64,000 nucleotides of DNA from an uncultured Gemmatimonadales bacterium (GTDB taxonomy: Bacteria; Gemmatimonadota; Gemmatimonadetes; Gemmatimonadales; GWC2-71-9): assembly GCA_963825055.1 (NCBI GenBank), contig CAWGSK010000012.1, positions 224,001 to 288,000 of the forward strand, in the 5' to 3' direction. This document shows positions 1-9,800 of the stretch, one piece after another. Made by a program: the position numbers and the translations under genes. Each line of letters begins with the position of its first letter. Position 1 is the stretch's first letter. The notes under the pieces are model-generated. The model made no database searches, was not told the origin of the DNA, and saw only the letters and a list, made by a program, of their open reading frames with translations.

Positions 1-361
1 CGTTGGCCGCGCCCAGACCCGCGAGGATGTAGGGCTTCACCATGCTGCCGGGAGCGCCGAAGGCGAACACGGCGTCGGCATTACCGCTGAAGATCTTGAC
101 CTTGGCGCTGGAACCCGCCTTGTCACTGTTCTGGCTGTACATGCCGTCGACGCGAATCCCGAAGGGCACGCCGGGGAGCATGAAGTTGACGCCACCCACG
201 CCATTCCAGCCGGTCTTGGCCACGTCCTTGAAGTCACCGGTCGGGATGGTTGCACCGCCACCGAGGAAGAAACTCGCCCGGGCGGTCTGAGCCTGGGCAG
301 CCGAGGCCGCGACGAGGGAGACCAGCACCAGTGCCACGGCCGCGTGCAGCATGCGCTTCAT
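1..361 (-). CDS. Outer-membrane beta-barrel protein, N-terminal part (runs off window start)
   Basis: Manual translation from ATG 361: MKRMLHAAVALVLVSLVAASAAQAQTARASFFLGGGATIPTGDFKD...KPYILAGLG. Signal peptide, amphipathic strands, GGAGAGAG RBS. Not in the ORF track because there is no stop in the window. Confidence 0.75.
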   Translation of the reverse strand, partial: MKRMLHAAVALVLVSLVAASAAQAQTARASFFLGGGATIPTGDFKDVAKTGWNGVGGVNFMLPGVPFGIRVDGMYSQNSDKAGSSAKVKIFSGNADAVFAFGAPGSMVKPYILAGLGAAN

Positions 362-488
362 AAACTCTCTCCAGAGAAAAGATGGTGGACTCAAGGGGAA
401 CGAGCCTCCCACTTCCACCGGTGTGGGATGAGCGGCCCGAAGATAGGGCCCGGGCAACCGAAAGGCAAGCGTGGCAGGGAGATAGAGG

Positions 489-1646
489 CTAGTGAATCCG
501 AGGTACAAGCGTTTCAAGCACCGAGTCACCGACGGTGCCTGAGAGCCGGAAAACGAGACCGTTTCGAAGGAACTTCAAGGAATCCATCGGAGCGGAATAG
601 CCAGGTAAGCTGTTTACAATATTATTGTTACGCGCGTCATATGATGTAGCACCTGAGATATTGGCACGCCGCTGTTCCAGATAGAGGGTGTCGGTCTGAG
701 TGGGAAACGTGTAGCGGATCCGGGCCACGGGAGGCACCTCGGAATTGAGTTCCACGCCATCCGGCGAGAGGCCGTCGATGAGCAGGATTGAGCCACCCAG
801 AACATCGACGGCGTCCTCCAGAGAGGACGACCGGAAGCCGTTCCCGGGGAGCCCCAACCCCTTCGAAGGGACCGCAAGGCGCTGCGCGGCCTCCGGTTTC
901 TGGGCGCTCTCAGCGCTGGCGTCGCGGCGAGCCCGCGCCTCCGACCTGGCCGGAGCGGCCACGAACGCGTCCGCACGTTGCTTCGTGGCAACCTGATCGG
1001 CAGGGACCAGGGGTGCTGCCGCCGCTGCCGCCGACCCTGAGTCAAACGGAACCGGGGCACCGGGTCGCTCTTCCGTTGCGGGCACGCCCGTGACTCCGGG
1101 GTGCAGTCGGGCCAGATCGTCACGGTGACCCCCGGCATCGTCCTGGTCCTTCACCGCCACCGGTTTTTCGGGCACTGCGGCCTTCCCGGCGGCAGGGGAC
1201 TCCGGGATCTTCGCTGTGGCATTTCCCTCCGCCGACGGCACCGTTTGCGTCACCGGCCCGGGCGCCATCTGGATGTCCGGAGCGTTTTGTCGGGCCGGGC
1301 CGGATGCTTCGGTTGGGGCAGGGGGAAGCGCGCGGTCGGGTCTGCCGCGCCATTCGCCGCTGTAATAGCCGATACCCGCCGCGAGGACGACAGTCGCCGC
1401 CCAGGCCAGCGGCCGGTACCGAACCCACCAGGCTCGCGGGACGGGCCGCGCCGACACCTGGCCCAGCGGTGGCGGCACCAGCGACTCCACCATGCCATCC
1501 GCCTCGGCCATCATCGCCTGCTCCTCGGCCAGGCGTGCGCGACAGACCTCGCACCCCCGGAGGTGCGCCTCCAGCGTCCGCTGCTCGTCGCCGGTCAGCT
1601 CCCCATCCAGCAGGGCGGCCAGCATGCCATCGTCAGGATGCGACAT
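489..1646 (-). CDS. zf-HC2 anti-sigma factor with TM helix and long periplasmic tail
   Basis: MSHPDDGMLAALLDGEL...HLRGCEVC (HxxxCxxC), TM LAWAATVVLAAGIGYY. Start overlaps the ECF sigma 3' end. Confidence 0.85.
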   Translation of the reverse strand: MSHPDDGMLAALLDGELTGDEQRTLEAHLRGCEVCRARLAEEQAMMAEADGMVESLVPPPLGQVSARPVPRAWWVRYRPLAWAATVVLAAGIGYYSGEWRGRPDRALPPAPTEASGPARQNAPDIQMAPGPVTQTVPSAEGNATAKIPESPAAGKAAVPEKPVAVKDQDDAGGHRDDLARLHPGVTGVPATEERPGAPVPFDSGSAAAAAAPLVPADQVATKQRADAFVAAPARSEARARRDASAESAQKPEAAQRLAVPSKGLGLPGNGFRSSSLEDAVDVLGGSILLIDGLSPDGVELNSEVPPVARIRYTFPTQTDTLYLEQRRANISGATSYDARNNNIVNSLPGYSAPMDSLKFLRNGLVFRLSGTVGDSVLETLVPRIH

Positions 1647-2133
1647 CGCGTTCCTTCTCCATGCTGCGGTACGCTTCCACCAGGCGGCGCCGGGCGCGGG
1701 AGAGCGTGGTGCCCACCGCGCCGCGCGCCAGCCCCAGGGTGGCGGCGATTTCCTCGTAATTGAATCCCTCCGCCTTGAGGAGGAGGGCCTCCCGGTCGCG
1801 CTCGGTGAGTTGATCGAGCGCCGCCCGGACCCGCGCGACCCGTTCTTCCCGCTCGAGTTCCTGGTCCGCCGGCTCGTGGTGTGGCGGGGTCTCCGCCTTG
1901 AGCAGGACCAGACGGCGGGCCTGCCGGCCGGCCTTCCGCGCGTCCTCACGCACCAGGTTCAGTGCCACCGCAAAGAGCCACGGACGCGGGTTCTCCGGCG
2001 GGGCTGCGACAGCGCGGGCAAAGACCTCCTGCGCCATGTCCTCCGCGCGATCACGGTCACCCGTCCGGCGCCAGAGCATCCGGACGAGCGACGCGTGATA
2101 CTCACGGAAGAGATCCCCGACCGGTGTGGTCAT
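1633..2133 (-). CDS. ECF RNA polymerase sigma factor
   Basis: 166 aa; AEDMAQEVF, WLFAVALN and region-4 HTH YEEIAATLGLARGAVGTTLSRAR. Confidence 0.92.
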   Translation of the reverse strand: MTTPVGDLFREYHASLVRMLWRRTGDRDRAEDMAQEVFARAVAAPPENPRPWLFAVALNLVREDARKAGRQARRLVLLKAETPPHHEPADQELEREERVARVRAALDQLTERDREALLLKAEGFNYEEIAATLGLARGAVGTTLSRARRRLVEAYRSMEKERDVAS

Positions 2134-4358
2134 TGGCCTCGATACGCCTTGACGAAGGCATCCAGCTTTCCGGGGGCCCAGGTTGTGCGGCCGCCGGCTG
2201 CCACCCGGATGCTGGCCCGCTTCCCGGCGATGAGGATGGCCTCGTCGCCGCTCAGGAACGGCCGGACCTCGGGCAGGGCCCGGGCCAGGTCGAACCAGGC
2301 AGTGCTGTAAGGTGCGATGCTCACGGTGTTCACCGTATCGCGCTGGCCCGCATCCGTCCAGACCGAGTCGCGGAGCACGAACATCCGCCCGCCGATCCGG
2401 CGGACCTGCAGGGCATCGTCGTCCTTCACCCCGGCCTGCATTTCCCGGAGTTGGCGCTCTGCCGCCTGGTCGGTGGCCGCCACGGAACCGGCCGCGCTCA
2501 TCTCGGCGCTGGCCTTGGCGCTGTTGAAGGCACGCGTTCCCGTCTGGTCGCGCGGTACTGGCGCGGTCACGCCTGACTGTGCTGTCGGGAAGGTATTTCG
2601 GCGCTGCAGCGCGAGCGTGCTCCCCGGCTCCTGCACCAGGTACGAGGTGTACTCGGTGAGAATCCCATAGCGCAGCCCGAGCTCGCGCACCTCGGCGATA
2701 CGCTCGGGTGTGGCGCCCTCGAGCCGGATGGTGCGGGTCAACTCACCGATCCGCCGGGAGGCCCAGAGCTTCGGCAGGAAGTCGTTCTTCTGCTCCCGCC
2801 GGGGGAAGGTAGCAGTGGCGGTGAAGCGCTCGCGTCGCCCGGCCCGCTCGCCCTCGATGATCACTTCGCCGTTCCCCGTCCCATGATATCGTCCCAGGAT
2901 CACCAGTTCTTCTCCATAGAAGAGATCCGGGAGGCTTGCAGGATACGTCAGGTCGAACTGCACCGGCTGGTTCACGATGCGCAGGTTGACCAGCGCGGGA
3001 TGCTGCAGCTTGCCGAGCAGGTCGCCCATCGCGACCTCCACATCGCCCTCGGGAGGAACATACGCCGCGCTGCCGCGTCCTTCGCGGGCGAGGCGGTCCA
3101 GCAGGTAGGTGTTGACGTCGTGCCCCACGCCCACGGTGAAGATGCGCCTGTCGCCGATGCGGGCCGAGACGCCCGAGGCGATCTGTTCGGGTGCCCGCTC
3201 GCCCACGGACGGGAGGCCGTCAGTCAGGAAGACCAGGATCGGAAGCCGGCCGTCCCGCGGGTTCGCCTCCAGCGCCAGGTCCAGCGCGCCCGCGATGTTG
3301 GTGCCGCCGCCCGCAACCAGTCCATCGACGTACCGCCGGGCTTCGGCGATGATGGCGGGTGTTGCCGCGGACCAGCCATCATGGAACTCGTGAAGGCCGG
3401 ACGAGAAGGTCACCAGCCGGAACCGGTCGCGGGTGCCCAGCGTACCCAGGGCCTCGCGAAGCGCGGCTTTTGCCTGGGTGAGTTTGGTTCCGGACATGGA
3501 TCCCGAGACGTCCACGACCAGGGTGAGGTCGCGGGGAATGCTGACGGTTTCACCGCTGGCCGGCGGGGCGACCAGGAGCATGAAGTACCCGTCCTCACCC
3601 GGGGGCGCGTGGGTCACGAGGCTGGTGCCGACCAGCCCGCGACGATAGGGCAGAAAGATCTCGACATCACCATTGGCTTCGGGATCGAGCGACACCCGGA
3701 CCTGGCCGTCATGGCGCTCCGTCGTGAGCGTGTGCGTCGGGGAGTAGGGCGTGCCGAGCCGGCCGCCGTTCTCGACCGCCAGGTCGAACGTGAACGCATC
3801 GGCGAATCCCGGCGCGCCGCCGCCGCCCCTGGCTACGCTCTCCACCCGCTCGCGGTTGCCGATGGCGTACCGCATCCGCAGCGCATCGCCCGAGCGCTCG
3901 AGCACCTGGGTGTAGCGCAGGACCACCTTGCGGGTCTCGCCCGGTGCTATGGGAAATACCCTGGCACGGATGAGGCCATGGTCCTCCAGCGTCAGCAATG
4001 CCGGGTCCTTGAGCTTCCGGACGATCGCCTCGTAGATCCCCCTGGCCTGGTCGGCCGGGAGCATCTCCCCACGGACTTCCTCATTACCCATCCAGAGCGA
4101 GAAGTTGTCAAACACCGCCTCGCCCGGCAGGGGATAGAGATAGGTGCCTTCGGCGATGCCGCCGCCGCGGTTCCGGAACTGCTCCTCCACCTCCACCCGG
4201 GCCACACGTCCGTCCACGGTCACCTGGACGTGCGAGCTCACCCGGACCACCGGACTGGGCGCCGTGGCCACGCGGCGTTCTACGTCGATCCAGCCCTGGG
4301 CCGCCACGGGGGCCGCAGTTACGGCCAGGGCAAGGGCAGCCAGCATGATGCGCGACAT
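2130..4358 (-). CDS. Secreted VIT + VWA domain protein (inter-alpha-trypsin inhibitor-like)
   Basis: Signal peptide MSRIMLAALALAVTAAPVAAQ; VIT-like EGTYLYPLP...VFPIAPGE; MIDAS DVSGS and FLTDG. Start placed at ATG 4358 after GGAGA. Confidence 0.9.
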   Translation of the reverse strand: MSRIMLAALALAVTAAPVAAQGWIDVERRVATAPSPVVRVSSHVQVTVDGRVARVEVEEQFRNRGGGIAEGTYLYPLPGEAVFDNFSLWMGNEEVRGEMLPADQARGIYEAIVRKLKDPALLTLEDHGLIRARVFPIAPGETRKVVLRYTQVLERSGDALRMRYAIGNRERVESVARGGGGAPGFADAFTFDLAVENGGRLGTPYSPTHTLTTERHDGQVRVSLDPEANGDVEIFLPYRRGLVGTSLVTHAPPGEDGYFMLLVAPPASGETVSIPRDLTLVVDVSGSMSGTKLTQAKAALREALGTLGTRDRFRLVTFSSGLHEFHDGWSAATPAIIAEARRYVDGLVAGGGTNIAGALDLALEANPRDGRLPILVFLTDGLPSVGERAPEQIASGVSARIGDRRIFTVGVGHDVNTYLLDRLAREGRGSAAYVPPEGDVEVAMGDLLGKLQHPALVNLRIVNQPVQFDLTYPASLPDLFYGEELVILGRYHGTGNGEVIIEGERAGRRERFTATATFPRREQKNDFLPKLWASRRIGELTRTIRLEGATPERIAEVRELGLRYGILTEYTSYLVQEPGSTLALQRRNTFPTAQSGVTAPVPRDQTGTRAFNSAKASAEMSAAGSVAATDQAAERQLREMQAGVKDDDALQVRRIGGRMFVLRDSVWTDAGQRDTVNTVSIAPYSTAWFDLARALPEVRPFLSGDEAILIAGKRASIRVAAGGRTTWAPGKLDAFVKAYRGQ

Positions 4359-4443
4359 GATATCTCCCGGTTCTGGGGTCGGCGGGGAGATGCCGCGGGA
4401 AGGGAGACTTACACATCGATGCGGCCGGAGCATGGTTGCGCTG

Positions 4444-4508
4444 GTCGTTAAGTCGTTGAGTCGCACTGGACAACGTCTCAACGAATCAACCACCCAACCA
4501 CTCAACTC
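4444..4508. repeat. Bipartite inverted octamer tandem repeat (GTCGTTRA left / CAACNNNN right)
   Basis: Left GTCGTTAA GTCGTTGA GTCG; right CAACGTCT CAACGAAT CAACCACC CAACCACT CAACTC. Confidence 0.75.
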
Positions 4509-4537
4509 TTCCCCCGTCACCCGCTACCTTCCGTGCG

Positions 4538-4885
4538 ATGCAAGTCCAGATCTTCGGCGTCAAGAAAAGCCCCGACACACGCAAAGCCCTGCGCTTCTTT
4601 GCGGAGCGGCGGGTCAAGACGCATTTTGTCGACCTGAACGAGCGGCCTGCCTCGCCCGGCGAGCTGCGGCGGTTCGTGCAGAGGTTCGGCCTGACGGCGC
4701 TGATCGACCGGGACAGCCGACGCTACGCAGAACTGGGCCTGGGCGCCGGGAGGTACAGCGACGACCGCTGGCTGGAAATTCTTGCGACTGAGCCGCTGGT
4801 GCTCCGGACGCCGCTGGTGCGCTACGAGCAGAAACTCACCATTGGGGCCGACCTGGACACCTGGCGCACCTGGACGGGCAAATGA
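4538..4885 (+). CDS. ArsC/Spx/MgsR-family thioredoxin-fold protein
   Basis: IFGVKKSPDTRKALRFF...LRTPLVR. The N-terminal Cys is replaced by Ser. Confidence 0.8.
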   Translation: MQVQIFGVKKSPDTRKALRFFAERRVKTHFVDLNERPASPGELRRFVQRFGLTALIDRDSRRYAELGLGAGRYSDDRWLEILATEPLVLRTPLVRYEQKLTIGADLDTWRTWTGK

Positions 4886-4901
4886 GACACGGATCCGCAC
4901 T

Positions 4902-6851
4902 GTGGCGCTGATCGAGGTCGGGAGCCTCACCCTCCGGGCCGGGGGCAAGCCGCTGTTGTCCGACCTCTCCTTCAAGGTGGAGCGCGGCGAGCGCTGGGGG
5001 ATGCTCGGCCGGAATGGCAGCGGCAAGACGACCCTGTTCCGCGCCATCCATGGTGACGTGGACCCTGCGGGAGGGCAGGTGGTCCGCACAGCGGGGCTTC
5101 GTCTCGCGTGGCTCGACCAGCATCGCGACTACGGCGACGACGCCACGCTGTGGGACGTGGCTGCCGCTCCCTTCGCACATCTCCAGCGTCTTGAGGAAGC
5201 CCTCCACCGGCAGGCCGAGGCGCTGGCGCACGACGCTTCGCCGGCCGCGCTGGACCGCTATGCGAAGGACCAGGACCGATTCGACCGTGAAGGTGGCTAC
5301 GCATGGCACGCCCGGGTGGATGCCGTGCTCCATGGCCTCGGGTTCGATCCCGATGCAGCGCGTGTGCGCAGGCTCCGCGAACTGAGCGGAGGCGAGCGCG
5401 GCCGCCTCGGCCTGGCGCGCCAGCTCGTGCAACCCGCCGACCTGCTCCTGCTCGACGAACCCACCAACCACCTCGATCTCGAGACGACCGACTGGCTGTC
5501 CGAGTACCTGGTCCAGACGGATGAAGCGAGCATCGTCATCAGCCACGACCGGGATTTCCTCGATCGGGTCGTCAATCATGTGCTCCATCTCGAGGGGGGG
5601 AGCGCGTACGCCTACGACACGGGATACCGCGCCTTCCTTGAGCTCCGCGCCGAGCGCCGGCTCTCCGCGGACCGTGCCAGGCAGAAGCAGGAAAAAGTGA
5701 TCGCCGCGGAGGAGGACTACATCCGCCGCAACATCGCGGGCGGGAACAGCCGTCAGGCGAAGGGCCGCCGCCGCCGGCTGTCCCGGCTTCCGCGGCTGTC
5801 GGCGCCGCCGGGCGAGGCCGACGTCATGTCCCTCCGGCTCCATCCATCCGAGCGAAGCGGCGACCAGGTCATCGTGGCGGAGAACATCACGCTCGCCATC
5901 GGCGGTCGGACCCTGCTGCGCGGATTTTCCGCGCGGGTCACGCGGGGAGAACGTATTGGCCTCGTCGGCCCGAACGGGGCGGGGAAGACCACGCTGCTCA
6001 GGGCTCTGGCCGGTGAACAGGCGCCCGACGACGGACGGGTGACGCTCGGGGCCGCGGTAACCGCCGCGTGGTATCATCAGGATCTGGGCCAGGTCCCGAT
6101 GGAGCAGACCCTGTTCGACATCATTCACGACCGCCGACCCCGCTGGAATCGCGGCCAGGTCCAGGGGCACCTCGGCCGCTTCGGGTTCCCCGGCGATGCG
6201 GTGCTCCGGAAGCCGGCCAGCCTTTCCGGCGGTGAACGTGCCCGGCTGGCCCTCGCGCTCCTCATGCTGACGGAGGCGAACCTGCTGCTGCTCGACGAGC
6301 CGACCAATCATCTCGACGTCGAGTCCATCGAGGTGCTGGAGGATGCCCTCACCGACTATCCGGGCACGGTGCTGCTCGTCAGCCATGACCGGGCGCTGCT
6401 TCGATCGGTTACCGACCGGACCTGGGCGTACCGGAAGGACAGGATCGCCGACTACCCCGGCGGGTTCGAGGACTGGGAGATCGCGGAGGAGGAGCGGCGC
6501 ATGGTGGCATCCGCCGAGGAACAGCGGGTCCAGCAGGAGCGACGCGCGCTGGAGCGGAAGCGCCGTTCGGATCGGTCAACGGCGGAGCGTGGTCCACGAA
6601 CGGGCCTGCGCGCGGCTCGTCGCGACGCAGAGCGGGCCGAACAGGTGGTGCATGAGCTGGAACGCGAGGTCGAGCAACTCACGGGAGCGCTCGCGGACCC
6701 GGCCCTTTATGCGGGAGACGATGGTGCCGTGCGCGCCGCCGAACTGGCGGCGCGGCTGGCGGCGCGGCGTGGCGAGCTCGATGCCGCCATGGAGGTATGG
6801 AGCGAGGCGGGGTCGGCACTCGAGGCCATCCAGACGGAAGAACGTTCGTGA
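4902..6851 (+). CDS. ABC-F family ATP-binding protein (Uup/YdiF-like)
   Basis: Two ABC cassettes (GRNGSGKT and GPNGAGKT, each with LSGGE and DEPTNHLD), no TM segments, C-terminal coiled coil. GTG 4902. Confidence 0.92.
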   Translation: MALIEVGSLTLRAGGKPLLSDLSFKVERGERWGMLGRNGSGKTTLFRAIHGDVDPAGGQVVRTAGLRLAWLDQHRDYGDDATLWDVAAAPFAHLQRLEEALHRQAEALAHDASPAALDRYAKDQDRFDREGGYAWHARVDAVLHGLGFDPDAARVRRLRELSGGERGRLGLARQLVQPADLLLLDEPTNHLDLETTDWLSEYLVQTDEASIVISHDRDFLDRVVNHVLHLEGGSAYAYDTGYRAFLELRAERRLSADRARQKQEKVIAAEEDYIRRNIAGGNSRQAKGRRRRLSRLPRLSAPPGEADVMSLRLHPSERSGDQVIVAENITLAIGGRTLLRGFSARVTRGERIGLVGPNGAGKTTLLRALAGEQAPDDGRVTLGAAVTAAWYHQDLGQVPMEQTLFDIIHDRRPRWNRGQVQGHLGRFGFPGDAVLRKPASLSGGERARLALALLMLTEANLLLLDEPTNHLDVESIEVLEDALTDYPGTVLLVSHDRALLRSVTDRTWAYRKDRIADYPGGFEDWEIAEEERRMVASAEEQRVQQERRALERKRRSDRSTAERGPRTGLRAARRDAERAEQVVHELEREVEQLTGALADPALYAGDDGAVRAAELAARLAARRGELDAAMEVWSEAGSALEAIQTEERS

Positions 6852-8035
6852 CGCATCCCGGCCGGCGCCCGGCGGTCACCATGCTCGGCCTGCTCGCCCT
6901 GGCCGAGCTGCTGGGGATGGCCCTCTGGTTCGCGGCCAGCGCTGTGGCTCCCGAACTCCGGGCCCGCTGGGGGCTGAGCGCCGAGGCCGCCGCATGGCTC
7001 ACCGGCGTGGTGCAGCTCGGATTCGTCGCGGGCACCGCACTCGCGGCCGTCCTCAACCTGGCCGACATCATTCCGTCACGAGCGTACTTCGCGCTGGCTG
7101 CGGTCCTGGCCGCAGTGGCCAATACCGCCCTGCTCCTGGTCGACTCGTATTCCGCCGCGCTCGTGGCCCGGTTCTTCACGGGCTTCTTCCTGGCCGGGGT
7201 ATATCCGCCGGCGCTCAAGATGGCGGCGACGTGGTCCTCGAAGGCCCGTGGCCTGGCCGTCGGGACGATCGTGGGCGCGCTCACCGTGGGCAAGGCAACG
7301 CCCTACCTCGTCACGGTCCTGTCCAGCCTGGCGCTCCGGCCCGTCGTGCTCGTGACCTCCGGCGGGGCACTGGTTGCCGCGGCTCTGGTCGGGCTCGTAT
7401 ATCGCGACGGCCCGTTCCCGTTCCCGCGTCGCCCGTTCGACTGGTCGCTGGTGGTCACGGTGCTTCGTCACCGCGAGACCCGCCTCGCGACCTTCGGGTA
7501 TCTGGGGCACATGTGGGAGTTGTATGCGATGTGGACGTGGGTGCCCGCGTTCCTCGTGGCCAGTTTCGCCGCCCATGCCGGGGGGGAGGGGCATCGGGGC
7601 GCCTACCTCGCGGCCTGGGGCGCCATCGCGATCGGTGGGGCGGGGGCCGTCTGGGCAGGATGGGTCGCGGCGCGCTGGGGCTATCCCCGGGTCGTGACGG
7701 TGTCGATGGCCGTGAGCGGGGCGATCTCCCTCGTCATCGGGCTCCTGTTCGGGATGACGCCATGGATCGTGGTTCCGGTCGTTCTCGTCTGGGGCTTCTT
7801 CGTCGTGGCGGACTCGGCCCAGTTCAGCGCGATGGTCACCGAGGTCGCGCCGCCGCATGCCGTGGGGACCGCGCTCACGATCCAGACCTCCATGGGTTTT
7901 CTCCTGACCATGGTAACGATTCAACTTGTGCCGGTTCTGGTGGAGAGTTTCGGGTGGCCCTGGGCATTCGTCGTGCTGGCCCCGGGCCCGGCCCTGGGGA
8001 TTGTCGCCATCGGCCGGCTGCGCCGCCCCGGCTAG
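6848..8035 (+). CDS. MFS transporter
   Basis: Multiple TM helices; GVYPPALK, GYLGHMWELYAMW and ADSAQFS motifs. GTGA overlap with the ABC-F stop. Confidence 0.88.
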   Translation: MTHPGRRPAVTMLGLLALAELLGMALWFAASAVAPELRARWGLSAEAAAWLTGVVQLGFVAGTALAAVLNLADIIPSRAYFALAAVLAAVANTALLLVDSYSAALVARFFTGFFLAGVYPPALKMAATWSSKARGLAVGTIVGALTVGKATPYLVTVLSSLALRPVVLVTSGGALVAAALVGLVYRDGPFPFPRRPFDWSLVVTVLRHRETRLATFGYLGHMWELYAMWTWVPAFLVASFAAHAGGEGHRGAYLAAWGAIAIGGAGAVWAGWVAARWGYPRVVTVSMAVSGAISLVIGLLFGMTPWIVVPVVLVWGFFVVADSAQFSAMVTEVAPPHAVGTALTIQTSMGFLLTMVTIQLVPVLVESFGWPWAFVVLAPGPALGIVAIGRLRRPG

Positions 8036-8217
8036 AACGATCGTTCTTGCCTCTGGACCACCGGGGGTGAATATTGGCGTCCTGCCGAAGTTGCGGCATG
8101 GCCGCACGAAAAAACCTTCCAACCTTGAGTTCCCCACCCGGAAGCCTGACCCCCTCAGGTCGCTGGGGGCTTGCCGTCCTGGAGTCACCTGCCCTCTTCT
8201 TCCCAGGAGTACGTCCC

Positions 8218-9639
8218 ATGAGGCATTCCGTACAACGTTTCTCGATGGCGGCCGGTATGGCCGTTCTGGTATCACTGTCCGCCTGCACGGACAGTACCAA
8301 CCCCCTGCCAACGGCAGCAGGGACTGACGGAGCCGTGGCGACCCCGGCCTTCGCCGCCACGGTGGCGGGGAAGACTTCGTATGTCCTCATTGCGCCGAAC
8401 ACGAGCCTGCCCGCCAATCTGGCTGCCAGCGTCGCGGCGGCCGGCGGAACCCTGACGGTCAGCCAGGATGCCATCGGCGTGGCCATGGCGGAGTCAGACG
8501 ACCCGTCATTCGCCGCCAAGGCGAAAAAGATCAAGGGCCTGCAGACCGTCGTCGCCGACCAGATCGTCCAGTGGGTGCATGATGACGACCTGGCCGTCGC
8601 CGCATTCGACGGCAATGCGCCGCCGGCAACCGGATCCAGCATCGGTGACGATGAGTCGTTCTGGTTCTACCAGTGGGCCCCGCGGTCGGTGCATGCGCCC
8701 GAGGCATGGGACCTTGGTGCGCGGGGTACGGGGGTACGCGTGGCGGTCATCGATGGCGGGATCCGCGCGACGCACATTGATCTGGCGCCGGTCATGGACG
8801 TGGCCCACTCGACCTCGTTCGTCCCGGGCTTCCCCTTCAATACGGACGTCGGCACCGGCTTCTGGCACGCCATGCATGTGGCCGGGATCGTGGCCGCGGC
8901 TGACAACGGCCTCGGAACCATCGGCATTGCGCCCGGCGCCACGATCATCGGCGTCAAGGCGCTCCATGGCGGCAGCGGCAGCTTCGGTGCCGTCATTCAG
9001 GCCATCGTGTATGCCGCCACGCCCATTGCCGAGGGCGGTGGTGGGGCCAACATCATCAACATGAGCCTCGGCGCCGTGTTTCCGAAACAGGGCAGTGACG
9101 CGGCACACCTGGCGAATGCCATCGGCCGCGCGACCACCTATGCCTACCAGCGCGGCGTGACGGTGATCGCCTCCATGGGCAACGATTACCTTGACCTGGA
9201 TCATTCGGCGAACCTGATTTCCGTGCCGGCCATGTCGCCGCACGTCATTTCGGTGTCGGCGACCGCCCCCGAGGGTTTCGCCTACGGGGCGACGGACTTC
9301 ACCCGACCCGCCTCCTACACCAATTTCGGCCAGTCGGCGGTCATTTTCGCCGGCCCCGGCGGCGACTTTGACCTTCCGGATCCGTTGTACGTTTATGACA
9401 TGGTCCTGAGCCCGGCCAGCGGCGGTGCGGACAACGGCTACTACTTTGCCGCGGGCACCAGCATGTCCTCCCCCGCGGTGGCCGGCGTGGCGGCGCTCAT
9501 CATCGAGAAGAACGGCGGCTCCATGTCGCCCGCGCAGGTGGAGGCAGCCCTCCGCCAGTCTGCGGATGACCTCGGCAAGCCCGGCAACGATGACTATTAC
9601 GGGCGCGGGTTCGTGAACGCGCTCCGCGCCGTCCAGTAG
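8218..9639 (+). CDS. S8 subtilisin-like serine peptidase, probable lipoprotein
   Basis: AGGAG RBS; lipobox LSAC; VAVIDGG (Asp), HAMHVAG (His), INMSLG, GTSMSSP (Ser). Confidence 0.92.
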   Translation: MRHSVQRFSMAAGMAVLVSLSACTDSTNPLPTAAGTDGAVATPAFAATVAGKTSYVLIAPNTSLPANLAASVAAAGGTLTVSQDAIGVAMAESDDPSFAAKAKKIKGLQTVVADQIVQWVHDDDLAVAAFDGNAPPATGSSIGDDESFWFYQWAPRSVHAPEAWDLGARGTGVRVAVIDGGIRATHIDLAPVMDVAHSTSFVPGFPFNTDVGTGFWHAMHVAGIVAAADNGLGTIGIAPGATIIGVKALHGGSGSFGAVIQAIVYAATPIAEGGGGANIINMSLGAVFPKQGSDAAHLANAIGRATTYAYQRGVTVIASMGNDYLDLDHSANLISVPAMSPHVISVSATAPEGFAYGATDFTRPASYTNFGQSAVIFAGPGGDFDLPDPLYVYDMVLSPASGGADNGYYFAAGTSMSSPAVAGVAALIIEKNGGSMSPAQVEAALRQSADDLGKPGNDDYYGRGFVNALRAVQ

Positions 9640-9662
9640 CAAGAGGGTTTCCCGCCAGACCC

Positions 9663-9700
9663 GACCGGGTCCGTCCTTCGGGGCGGGCCCGGTCTTTCTT
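9663..9700 (+). terminator. Rho-independent terminator
   Basis: 14-bp stem GACCGGGTCCGTCC-TTCG-GGGCGGGCCCGGTC followed by TTTCTT, just after the S8 stop. Confidence 0.85.
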
Positions 9701-9800
9701 GCGGCCAGCCTTGGCGCCGGGCGCCATCCCGGGGCTAGATTGCTGGCCTCTCTCCATTCCAGTCCAGCGGACAGCGGATCATCACCACAGGAGCCCCTCC

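Noticed and set aside
603..640. dif (XerCD) site
   Set aside because: The XerC-like arm GACGCGCGTAA matches partly, but the XerD arm lacks the TTA core, and the site is inside a CDS.
8080..8200. Riboswitch upstream of the S8 peptidase
   Set aside because: Some pairing potential, but no c-di-GMP or other aptamer consensus could be matched by eye.
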